Positions 14,305 to 27,060 of a stretch of 64,000 nucleotides of DNA are shown in pieces. The first letter of the stretch is position 1, and every line of letters begins with the position of its first letter. The notes beneath the pieces are model-generated. The model saw only the letters and a program-made list of their open reading frames with translations, had not been told where the DNA came from and made no database searches. Position numbers and translations under genes: made by a program. The DNA is taken from NCBI GenBank assembly GCA_951406725.2, contig OX597814.1:74772001-74836000 (forward strand), in the 5' to 3' direction. The stretch comes from Octopus vulgaris (taxonomy: Eukaryota).

Positions 14305-14942
14305 CACACATACATACACATACATACATATATACATATATAGACATACATACACATACATACACATACACATACGTACACACATATACACACATATATA
14401 TATATATACATATATATATATACACATATACACATACATATATACACATATACATACATATACATACACACACACATACATATATACATATACACTGATA
14501 CACATACCCATACATACACATGCATATACTTATATTACTACATACTCACATATATAAACATATATACATATACACACATACATATATACCTGTACATACA
14601 CATACGCATGCATATATATATATATACATACACATATATACACATATATATATATATATATATACATACACACACACACACACATACATATACACATATA
14701 CATGTATACATACGCAAAAATGATACGCATATATACACATACACACACACAGACAGATGCATATACATACATATATATATATAAACTACATATCTATATA
14801 AATACATACATAATACACATATACACACACATATATATACATTCATGCATATACATATACAAGTATACATACACAAACATACACACACACGCGCACACAT
14901 ACATATACACACACACATATACAAATACATACATACACACAT

Positions 14943-14991
<49 letters not shown>

Positions 14992-15382
14992 CATGTACAC
15001 ATATACATATGTATATATATATCAACAAGGGAGGGTAAAGTTAATTAGTTATTAATCAATTTCATCAAGTGTTCAGTATGTAAAGGGACCATTATTATTT
15101 TGAGTAAACAATGTTAGAGGGAAAAAAATTCTCTAAGTAGTGGAAGAGGCTAAAAAACTTTATTGGCTGCTATTTCTAGAAAGTTTAGTATGTGGCAAAG
15201 TAATTTATTTTATTTTCCTAAGCCCTAATTATATAATATTTTATACATACATACACATACATAAGCACATACATCCACACATACATATGCATATACATAT
15301 ATACACATATACATACAAACACATATACACATATACACACACACACACATACAAGCACATACATATATATACATACATACAT

Positions 15383-15423
<41 letters not shown>

Positions 15424-15706
15424 AATATATATACATATATATTTTTTTACATGCATACATACACACACACACACATAATACATGCGTATATTCCTACTGT
15501 ACCCATGCATTTCTATACATATATACATACATACATACGATACACATATACAAGCGTGCACATATAATATGTGAAAGGTCTTAGGAGAAAAGGTAATCGG
15601 GGGTGCTAGGGGAACAGTGGGGTTGGGGGGGGGGTTGTAGGGGGGGGGGGGGGGGTTGTGTGTGTGTGTATGTATGCATGTAAAAAAATATATATGTATA
15701 TATATT

Positions 15707-15747
<41 letters not shown>

Positions 15748-16138
15748 ATGTATGTATGTATATATATGTATGTGCTTGTATGTGTGTGTGTGTGTATATG
15801 TGTATATGTGTTTGTATGTATATGTGTATATATGTATATGCATATGTATGTGTGGATGTATGTGCTTATGTATGTGTATGTATGTATAAAATATTATATA
15901 ATTAGGGCTTAGGAAAATAAAATAAATTACTTTGCCACATACTAAACTTTCTAGAAATAGCAGCCAATAAAGTTTTTTAGCCTCTTCCACTACTTAGAGA
16001 ATTTTTTTCCCTCTAACATTGTTTACTCAAAATAATAATGGTCCCTTTACATACTGAACACTTGATGAAATTGATTAATAACTAATTAACTTTACCCTCC
16101 CTTGTTGATATATATATACATATGTATATGTGTACATG

Positions 16139-16179
<41 letters not shown>

Positions 16180-16830
16180 GTGTGTGTGTGTATGTGTGTA
16201 TGTATGTATTTGTATATGTGTGTGTGTATATGTATGTGTGCGCGTGTGTGTGTATGTTTGTGTATGTATACTTGTATATGTATATGCATGAATGTATATA
16301 TATGTGTGTGTATATGTGTATTATGTATGTATTTATATAGATATGTAGTTTATATATATATATGTATGTATATGCATCTGTCTGTGTGTGTGTATGTGTA
16401 TATATGCGTATCATTTTTGCGTATGTATACATGTATATGTGTATATGTATGTGTGTGTGTGTGTGTATGTATATATATATATATATATATTGTGTATATA
16501 TGTGTATGTATATATATATATATGCATGCGTATGTGTATGTACAGGTATATATGTATGTGTGTATATGTATATATGTTTATATATGTGAGTATGTAGTAA
16601 TATAAGTATATGCATGTGTATGTATGGGTATGTGTATCAGTGTATATGTATATATGTATGTGTGTGTGTATGTATATGTATGTATATGTGTATATATGTA
16701 TGTGTATATGTGTATATATATATATGTATATATATATATATGTGTGTATATGTGTGTACGTATGTGTATGTGTATGTATGTGTATGTATGTCTATATATG
16801 TATATATGTATGTATGTGTATGTATGTGTG

Positions 16831-16904
<74 letters not shown>

Positions 16905-17183
16905 TGCGTGTGTGTATGTATGCATATATGTATGTATGCATGTATATGTGTATGTATATATATGTGTGTAAGTGTGTGCATATATGTATTTGTAAGTATG
17001 TGTGCGCGTATGAGTATGTATGTATGCTTGCACACGTGTATATATATATGTGTGTGTGTGTATATATATGGATGCGCGTGCGTGTGTGCACGTGTATGGG
17101 TACGCATGTATATGTGTATGTGCGTGTATGCGTATACGTGTATGTATGTATGTGTGTGCGTAGATTTGTATATGTATGTGTGA

Positions 17184-17215
<32 letters not shown>

Positions 17216-17402
17216 GCATATATATAGATGGGTGTGTGTATGCGTATAAATGCATGTAAGTATGGATGTATGGATGTATGTATGTATGTATACGTATGTA
17301 TGTGTGTATGTGTGTATGTATATATATGTGTGTGTATATATGTTTGTGTATGTATATATATGTGTATGTATGTGTGTGTATATGTATGTGTGTAGGTGTA
17401 TG

Positions 17403-17452
<50 letters not shown>

Positions 17453-17905
17453 TATGTATCTGTATGTAGGAGTATATATGTGTGTGTGTGTATGTATGTG
17501 CGTGTATATATATATATATGTATATTTATTGGTGTATATGTATAGACTAGCCTCCTAAAGTGTAGACACGAATCTGTAGGTACGAGTACGTATGTGTATA
17601 TACGTGAACGTATGTAGATGTTTGTATGTATGAATATAACGCGTGCGTACGTGTATGTGTATGAGTGTACGAATGGGTGAATGTACGTGCTAATGAGTGT
17701 GCGTGCGGGAATGAGTACTTGCCTTCTAGTAGACAGACAAATGGACAGGCAGCCACTGCCAGGATTCTTAGCCCTAGCGATCAAAGATAACAAAAGTAAT
17801 AAATGAAGATAATAAAATTAAAATTAGGGAATGGGCCTGTATTGGATTGTATATATATATATATGTATATGTAAATTTGTATGTATGTATGTGTGTATGT
17901 GTAGG

Positions 17906-17952
<47 letters not shown>

Positions 17953-18451
17953 ATATATATGTGTATGTGTGTATGTGTGTGTAGATACGTATACATGTGT
18001 GTATAGGTATAAGTGAGAATCTCCTTATTTACCTATAACTCTATCCCCCCTTTTTTTTTTTTTTTTATATATATATTTTTTTATATATATATTTTTTATA
18101 TATATATATTTTTTTTATATATATTTTTTATATTTTTTATTTTTTTATTCTTTTATTTTATCTTTTTATTTTTATTTTTCATTTTTATTTTTTTATTTTT
18201 TTATTTTTTTATTTTATTTATCTATTTTTTTATTTATCTATTCTTTCATCTAACTTACCACTGACTCCTTGACCACTCCCCCAAGTATGATATTTTGCGC
18301 TATGCCTACCCCCAAAAAGTCCCCCACCACCACTCCTTTAAACCTGCCTAAATGTATAAATGCTAATACAATTCTTGTTAAATAGCTTCCTGAAGATTTC
18401 TCTTGAATGAAACAGTACTAGTCCTGTAGAAGCTCCTTCTATATAATAAAT
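12684..18451. repeat. Giant inverted repeat: about 2.8-kb arms (12684-15474 / 15657-18451), about 180-bp G-rich spacer
   Basis: Unique islands (12690-12900, 13290-13600, 15020-15240) recur as reverse complements (18240-18450, 17540-17850, 15890-16110); mirrored ORFs appear on opposite strands in the track. Confidence 0.95.
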
Positions 18452-18516
18452 TAATTTTACTCTGCTATGTATTGAGTACCTTACTTACTGTGGTTAACCC
18501 CGAATCAACCCGGGAC

Positions 18517-18520
<4 letters not shown>
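15657..18520 (+). mobile_element. Non-coding, microsatellite-rich PLE-type 3' region ending in a pLTR with hammerhead-like motif
   Basis: CTGAAGA-TTTC-TCTT-GAAT-GAAAC-AGTACTA-GTC at 18390-18423, AATAAA at 18445, then a tail of about 65 bp into (AT)n; mirror copy at about 12712-12745. Confidence 0.6.
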
Positions 18521-18583
<63 letters not shown>

Positions 18584-18735
18584 TGACGTATTTTTGCCAT
18601 TTCAATATGGCTAACCCCTAAGGGTGGATGCTACTGTAGTTTTTAGCCCCAGGAGGACACACTCCTCCAGCTGGCCATAGACACACTATCTGTGTCCTGT
18701 CAGTATTTGCAAAGGGAAGTCATCCTTCCCGTCTT

Positions 18736-18805
18736 CAACTTATGATACACACGGACTCGAGTTTCGAGGTATTGACCTCTCGTCAGCGTGTGACAATCAT
18801 AGTTG
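18736..18805 (-). ncRNA. Type I hammerhead ribozyme (copy 1), predicted cleavage after GUC between 18754 and 18753
   Basis: CACACG-CTGACGA-GAGG-TCAATA-CCTC-GAAAC-TCGA-GTC-CGTGTG; stem I extends (CAACTATGAT/ATCATAAGTTG) beyond a UGU/U internal loop. Confidence 0.93.
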
Positions 18806-19088
18806 TCGCCGAGAATTAGATTTCCTTCACAAATACTTATACTTTTTCCAGCGTCCACTGTCGCTGATATTGAAAAAGTGAAATCAAACAATGATAAATA
18901 TCAAAGTGAGTTATATACAGTAGCGGTAACACATCGTGACGTATTTTTGCCATTTCAATATGGCTAACCCCTAAGGGTGGATGCTACTGTAGTTTTTAGC
19001 CCCAGGAGGACACACTCCTCCAGCTGGCCATAGACACACTATCTGTGTCCTGTCAGTATTTGCAAAGGGAAGTCATCCTTCCCGTCTT

Positions 19089-19158
19089 CAACTTATGATA
19101 CACACGGACTCGAGTTTCGAGGTATTGACCTCTCGTCAGCGTGTGACAATCATAGTTG
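19089..19158 (-). ncRNA. Type I hammerhead ribozyme (copy 2)
   Basis: Identical to copy 1, offset by 353 bp. Confidence 0.93.
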
Positions 19159-19420
19159 TCGCCGAGAATTAGATTTCCTTCACAAATACTTGTACTTTTT
19201 CCAGCGTCCACTGTCGCTGATATTGAAAAAGTGAAATCAAACAATGATAAATATCAAAGTGAGTTATATACAGTAGCGGTAACACATCGTGACGTATTTT
19301 TGCCATTTCAATATGGCTAACCCCTAAGGGTGGATGCTACTGTAGTTTTTAGCCCCAGGAGGACACACTCCTCCATCTGGCCATAGACACACTATGTGAA
19401 GGAAATCTAATTCTCGGCGA

Positions 19421-19490
19421 CAACTATGATTGTCACACGCTGACGAGAGGTCAATACCTCGAAACTCGAGTTCGTGTGTATCATAAGTTG
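19421..19490 (+). ncRNA. Type I hammerhead ribozyme (copy 3, inverted; GUU cleavage triplet)
   Basis: CACACG-CTGACGA-GAGG-TCAATA-CCTC-GAAAC-TCGA-GTT-CGTGTG on the plus strand. Confidence 0.9.
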
Positions 19491-19683
19491 AAGACGGGAA
19501 GGATGACTTCCCTTTGCAAATACTGACAGGACACAGATAGTGTGTCTATGGCCAGCTGGAGGAGTGTGTCCTCCTGGGGCTAAAAACTACAGTAGCATCC
19601 ACCCTTAGGGGTTAGCCATATTGAAATGGCAAAAATACGTCACGATGTGTTACCGCTACTGTATATAACTCACTTTGATATTT

Positions 19684-19741
<58 letters not shown>

Positions 19742-19779
19742 CATATATATATATATGATGATATATATATATATATATA

Positions 19780-20960
19780 TATTAATACGAAAAAACCCTC
19801 CAGGCTACATCCCGAAAATTCATTTCTTTGCCGAATTTCTACAAATACTTTTCAAAAATTCCAATTCTAAAGGGTCTAAACAAACCGAAACGCTGGGTGA
19901 TACTGCTAGTAACTATATACATTCTTGCGTTTGTGTGTGAAAATATGAGTGCGAATATGCGTGTGTGTATGTCTGAAAGGTCATATGCGTATGAGTGTCC
20001 GTGTGTGTAAATGTGCATGTGCAAGTGTGTGTATATATGCTTTTGTTATTTATGTTTGTGCATCTGTTAGTGTGACAGATGTGGTCTTTATGAGTGCGGT
20101 AGTGATGTATGCTAGTGTAACTGCGTGTACGTATGGGTGTGAGTGTGTGAGAGAGTGTGTGTGCGTGTGTGTGTGTGTGTACGCGTGTGTGCGTATGCGC
20201 ACGAGAGTGTGAGCGTGTGTCCGTGAGTGTGAGCGTGTATAGGAATATGTGAGGAGGCGTGTGTGTGTGTGTGTGTGTGCACATAAATGCTTTTGTGTAT
20301 ATTTATATGTATTTATTTGTGTGCACATGATGTATAAGGAAGCAAAATTAGAGGCTTGCAGGGGATACATAATGTTGTGGTGTCAGTCTGCGTAGGCATT
20401 TGTGGAACAGCCGACGTTCAGGTGGTATATCTGGATTGTCGGCAGTCAAGGGTTTGAAGTTCACCAGGGGGGAATACCTCTGGTAGCAGCAATAAGATAG
20501 TTCATATTTCCTGCTGACAGATACTACAAGTTAATGGAGGATGTGCAGTCTTTCACGAAGTAGAGCTGGTAATTGCGGCCCTGGGTAAATAGGATGCTAC
20601 CCTATCGACGATGGTTCATTCGATGTTAGGTGTTTCGTTCCGGAGGTCGCGAAGCCTCCGGAACAAAACACCCAGAGTCAAATAACCAAGAAGTGGAATT
20701 CTCTCTATGCCTGAATTTGTATGAGTGCAAGGGCTGTATGTACCTTCTCTTGAAGTCGTTGGCTGTCATGCCCGTGTAGTACCTTGTGGTGCTATCGGGT
20801 GGTATGACGGTAGATCTGTAGACTATAGCCCTTGAGAGGCAGGATCCCCATAGAGCGCAGCAGATACATTTTTGCGCCTGTTGTAGTGGGCAATATTAGA
20901 AGTAATGTTATCTAAGCAGGCGCAACTCACCTTGACGTTATGTGGGTTAAAGAGCCTATA
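19780..20960 (-). mobile_element. Degenerate 3' fragment of a second, different PLE (GIY-YIG domain plus 3' UTR)
   Basis: Minus strand 20960-20540 gives RLFNPHNVKVSCACLDNI...CALWGSCLSRAIVYRSTV...RYYTGMTANDFKRRY, a GIY-YIG-like VY...Y.G.T...FK.R pattern with frameshifts. Confidence 0.65.
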
Positions 20961-20963
20961 TAT

Positions 20964-21576
<613 letters not shown>

Positions 21577-22134
21577 AAAAATTTAACAAAAACGCTACAA
21601 AAGGAACATTCTTAGCTAATTCCTCACCAGTCAACGTCGAAAAGATAACAACAATTTCTCGCCTTTAACGATGATATTGTTCACTTTTGGTGACACCAGC
21701 AGCGAGAAACAACTGGGAGCCACTGAGAAAAGCTAACGAACGTACAGGACAATGATGAAAGCAAATACGACAAAATAAAATAATTATACATATACGACGA
21801 AAAAAGGCCGTGCGGCTGGAAGACGGACAAGTATAGGGTAACGCAAACGAAAATGAAAATGTCCTATACGACGGAAAAAGAGAGAGAAAGAGACAGAGAG
21901 ACAGTCAGAACGAATAAGGAAGAAAACAAACAGTGTCGAAAAAGTGTAGGAATAGATACATATATATATAGTTTTCATTCTCTGTCGGGTGAATTTCTTA
22001 TAAATGTCTTACAACATATTTTTGCTACATGTACACCTTTGTAATTTCTATTAAGAAATGAAACTCGAGTAATGGGAAATAAATAATGGCAAATAATTTT
22101 GCCAATCTCCTGTCTTTATATACATTTACATACA

Positions 22135-22166
<32 letters not shown>

Positions 22167-22869
22167 GCGCGCGTGTGTATGTGTGTGTGTGTGTGTGTGT
22201 GTATAATCGGAGTAAATGTGCTAAGCACTGTTTATGTATAATCACAATTTAGGTTAGTTGAAATATGTTTGTCACATATTTCAACTGCTAAAGGCAAATA
22301 CACAGCAGTTACCATACAGAAAAAAATTCTCTCTTATGGTAAAAAGGTGTGAAAACAACCCGTTCGTTCACTGTCGCCCTCTCTCGGGAATCTGAGATAT
22401 CGATGTCCTGAGTTTGTTGACTCTTGTCGACACACACACACACACAAATATACTTCTTAAGGAAAATGAAAAGTACTTAATGTGTTGTAAGCATGTACAT
22501 GGAGAAACATCATATTTAGTGGACACTTGTATTGACACTCACATACATACACATGAACACATATATACACACATGCATGCTTATATAAACGTGTACGCAC
22601 GCACATACATATACATAGACACATTGACACATCTCATCGTTGTTGTTTTCGGCAATCCCTCGATTTTAAAGGATGATTGTCATCAGATTTAACTATTGCA
22701 GTTTTGCATGTGACAATTACAATTAAAAATTCTTTTATAAAATATAATGTTCTCTAAAAATTATTCCAATAATCAGTGGCAAACAACGCAACGCACACTC
22801 CTGATGTTGTAATGACAGTGAGCAACAAATACAAATGATTCTGTTTTTATGACACTATGTTTAATGGAT

Positions 22870-23030
22870 GAGGAGGCGCGTGGCTTAGTGGTTAGGGTGT
22901 CTGCACCATGATCATAAGATTGTGGTTTCGATTCCTGGACCGGGCGACGCGTTGTGTTCTTGAGCAAAACACTTCATTTCCCGTTGCTCCAGTCCACTCA
23001 GCTGGCAAAAATGAGTAACGTTGCGATGGA
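22870..23030 (+). mobile_element. tRNA-derived SINE, family B
   Basis: GGCGCGTGGCTTAGTGGTTAG (A box) ... GGTTTCGATTCC (B box), then TTGAGCAA...GTTGCTCCAGTCCACTCAGC body; second copy at 41925-42150. Confidence 0.75.
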
Positions 23031-25902
23031 CTGGCGTGTGTGTGTGTGTGAGCATGCATGCATGTGTGTGTGTAAGGGAGAGAGAGAGCGAGTATTGCGA
23101 ACCGCATTTTTTGAAATATATCGTTACTATTATGTTAAACTGTCGTATGTCCCAATTTGGCCAAATGCGTTTTCTTCAATATTTAATTTTGCTTGCAATA
23201 GCCGGTTCTTTTGGTTAAACTATCTTATCTCCAGCTGTTTCAGATGCCATGATATGAAAATCATACATAGTACAACGGTTTAGCATTTTTCAAAAGTGTA
23301 GTAAGTCCCACATACGACAGTTTTGCAAAAATATTTCTGATTGAAAATATCATACATGCATGGAATTACGGTTTTGTACATCCAACAAAGAATTATTGTT
23401 AAGCCGAAACTGTTGCTAGTGTAAAAATATATGGAATGCTGAAACTGTTTTCTAAAAAAAGCAACTTTTTTTTTTTACTTAAGACACTTTTGCATAATAG
23501 CAACAATATATATTAGAAGCACAACTATATTGATGTTTGATTTGTTTTATTAAAGACATTCCTATTTCTGTATTAGTTCTTTCTGCTAGGTTTGGGACAG
23601 TAACGATCTTAAATCCATTAGTCTCACGTTTCACAATTTTCACAGTTGTTGTAATAGCGTTATGTTTGTGCATTCTGGGTTAACTGCAAACGGGCTTGAA
23701 AATAATCTCAGAATAACAACTTTACATAAAATTCCACGAAAATAAAAATAATAACCAGTAAAAATTTACAAACCGCAAAATACAAACCTAAATTATATAC
23801 CTAAATGCTTGCACGTAAAAATATATTGTGATACCATGATATCGACAAATATTTATTGTTATATAATTTTGAATCCGGCGTTGATGATTTAAACAGTTAT
23901 AAAATTATTAACAACTCCCTTTACAACTTACCATAGAACGCGCGAATAACGCGTCGGTACAACAGTTTGTTTAAAATGAGATTGTAAAAGCTTCGAAACG
24001 TGAGAATTAGGGATTTACGAATGTTATTCCAAACCAATTATTTGGGTCCAATAAGAAAATATGAAAAAATAATTCTTAATAAAAATATCAAACATTAACA
24101 TAATCCAGTGTTAAAATCTATTTGTGTCACACATACTTTGTTACACGTGACAAAAAAAAAAAACACTCACACATATGTTGCGACGTTAAAGAAAGCAATA
24201 AAGCAATAAAAATTCTCCTCAAGTCATAAGGTAGACTGTGGGAGTAGGAGGCTGTATACTTGGTGACAATGATCGCACCCACATACATTTATGTGAACTT
24301 ACAAGGACGCACACATATAGATACATACAAGCACACACACGAATATATTATACCCATATACATGCATAAGTACATGCATATATATATATTTATATATATG
24401 TATGTATATATATATATATGTATATATATATGTATATGTATACACACACACACACACACAAACACACACATGAAAGTAACAGATAAGAAAGCGAGTAATC
24501 AACATTGCATTAATGAATGAGCAACTTCTTTTAGATTGATTGGTGGTAATGCGATACCAATGGTTTCATGGTGAGTCATGATGAGTAATAACAATTTTAA
24601 CAATTATTCAACCACAGATAGAATAACTCTGACACAGCAGCCATATTTGTTAGGATGCATGTGAACGAGATGGCTAGCGAGATTTCGTTTAGGAACAAAT
24701 GGTAAAAAGACAAGAGGTTAATGGAATTAGGGAAAGGGATGTAAATTATTCAGGGATTATTATAGCGGTTATTTCCTATGTCTTGCATGTTTGCAAGTTG
24801 CTGACGACTTTGATTTACAAATGCTTATGTGTATATAACGTATAAAAGCTCTACCATTGTGCAAATTTACAATAGTTAATTGATATTCCGTCTAATGATA
24901 TATACGGCAGTACGTAATGCACTAATACACAAATACACACATATATATATTGCAGTTTACCGTATACACGTAGTGAGCAGAAAATTGCTGGTGTTACAAC
25001 TGAATGATAAGAACTGTTCAACTATATGTTATATGTATAGTATTTGTATTACAATTGTCCATTGAAACTTTGTATCCATGTATATACCCATATGTATATA
25101 AACGCAAGATTGCTCAAAAGTGTAATCATACGTCATTGTCTGTTCAAATACGTAATTACGCAAAACCTATTTAAGATATGACAATACGCATTCGATTATA
25201 AATAGAAGTCAACAAGCTGTGAATTGTATGATGTAAATTATAAGTGCAAAATATGTGGGAAAACATTAGGCGTGTTTCCGTTGGCTGAACTCGGTGGCGA
25301 CAAGGTGGTAAGTAGAGTGAACTGCCTTGATGGGTTTAGTCGACCAAATCGAACCCGGTACATGTTTTTTAAAGCTTGGTGCATATTCTTTCATTTTGCT
25401 GAACCGCTAGGCTACGCAGAGGAAGACAAACTAATACCTGATTTCAAGCAGTCTCGGTTGACAAACACACACAGCGCGCGCGCATGTAGGTGTGGATTAT
25501 AAAAGTGCTTTCCGTGCATATGTGCTGAAATAGATTGATGAGTTTTTCCTAAAATACTTAAAAATTACTTTCAAAATATATTTTTCTGTTGTTTTTGCTT
25601 GAAGTTTTTGCTTGAACTAACAACTATGAATATTCAAATCAACGTGCAATGGACACTACTCTAAGACACTGGTCGAACTAGAATTCTTGCAGTTATCTAC
25701 AAAGGATTGTAAATATATTTACGCAGTATGCACAATGCTCTTAGCTAAACTAATTCTTGTGTTATGCTCTAAACTAATTACCTTGTTAAGAAGCTTTCTT
25801 ACTAGATACTTATACTATTTACTCACGCGTCGATGGTATTCTTTTAAGTACATATCTTATGAGTTCTAGCGAGTCCATTAGGCTGTGAAGTGTGTGTTAC
25901 AT

Positions 25903-27060
25903 ACACAGTGCATTCCAAAGGTTTTTAGACTTTTTCTGGAGAGATATTTATTAATTTCGAAGAAGTGCAAAACTCTAATTTCCTTGAAAGTATGATCCTC
26001 TGACTTCAATACTCTTTATAGCATTCCAGCCGACACTTCGTGGAGGGTTCCATGGAAGTCCTTCAAAGTGAAGGTGTCTAAAACCATTGTCAGAGCCTCC
26101 TTTATCTCCTTTAGCTTGGGGAACAGCCAAAATTGACAGAAAGGGAGGTTTGGATTGTAGAGAGGATGGGAGACAGTTTTGATGCCCATCTCTGTCAAAT
26201 AGTTGGTTATCAAGTTGTAATTGTGGACTGGTGCATTATCCTGGTGTATTTGCTCTGTCTTTTTGCAAAGAAATCTTTTTCTTAACTCTCTCAAAGCTCT
26301 CACAAAATACTCTTTGTTGACCGTTTGGTCAGAGCGAACCCAATGGATGTAGATGATGTCCTTGCTGTCGAAAAGGGGATTATCATGAGTTTCCCATGCT
26401 CTTCTTGGCCTTTTGTTCCAGCCGAAAGCAAACGTTTGGCTCATACAAGTTAATCTGTTACACTGCGTAACACGATTTTTGTCCTTGGTTAGCAACTGTT
26501 AGGGGTAAGCAACTGTTTGCTTACCTCTAGAAAGTATGAAAAATGGCTAATATTTCCTTCAAACTTTGCTTTTGTTACATTTATTTAAACTTTAAAGAAT
26601 CTCTCTCAAAACATGGCTATGATGTTCCCCCACTACTCTTGCTCATGATCAGAGATGCACATGTTGTCAACTACTAAGGGACATGCTCAAGTGGATAAGG
26701 TCAAGCAACTGACAAACAAATCTGTTATATTCAGAAAATATTTGCTATAATGATATTTCTGATTCAGCAACTCAGTGCTGAATCTGTCTGAAATGTAATG
26801 GAAAATAGGTCCATTTCAAAGCATCTCCATGTCAAGAAAGCTAAGTTTGAAAGGAATAGCAGCCATTTCCTTTGATTTTGAGATAGAAGCAAATAAGAAA
26901 TAACATTTACCGACAAAAAAAAAAGCTAAAATTTTGTTATACAGCGTTAAAGTCTGGAGCAGTTTATAAAATTTTGTAGCGTTTTTTCCTAGTTTAACAC
27001 AAAACTTGATAACATGTCGAACTTCCAAATTTTCTTCACGCCTCGACTGCATTCTGCAAA
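25903..27060 (-). mobile_element. Degenerate mariner transposon, interrupted at about 26500-26940
   Basis: N-terminal HTH RHVIKFCVKLGKNATK (26950-27052); catalytic remnants HQDNAPVH and HPLYNPNLPFCQFWLFPKLK (ORF 26016-26495). Confidence 0.8.

Larger units (their letters stand above)
18580..19688. mobile_element. Non-LTR retrozyme-like array: 353-bp unit x2.3 (ribozyme sense on minus) plus inverted 294-bp copy (plus)
   Basis: Units start at 18580, 18933 and 19286; inverted copy 19395-19688; only single-nucleotide differences; each full unit has a canonical HHR; both outer ends join (AT)n. Confidence 0.9.

Noticed and set aside
13344-17793. Long ORFs (up to 384 aa) rich in Y/I/H/T/C/V/M
   Set aside because: Translations of (AT)/(AC) low-complexity DNA that lacks stops by composition; mirrored because of the palindrome. 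The same applies to similar ORFs throughout the window.
18700-19244. Repeated 63-aa ORF in the retrozyme unit, crossing the cleavage site
   Set aside because: TTG start, no recognisable domain, and the repetition just reflects the tandem unit.
19865-19900. Hammerhead-like CTAAAG-GGT...ACC-GAAAC
   Set aside because: Core lacks G5, no good stem I or cleavage triplet, and it is antisense to the adjacent PLE.
21600-21950. Possible non-coding first exon or promoter on the minus strand (CpG-richer, CTG|GTGAGG donor-like site)
   Set aside because: A single donor-like motif with no supportable partner exon; needs RNA-seq.
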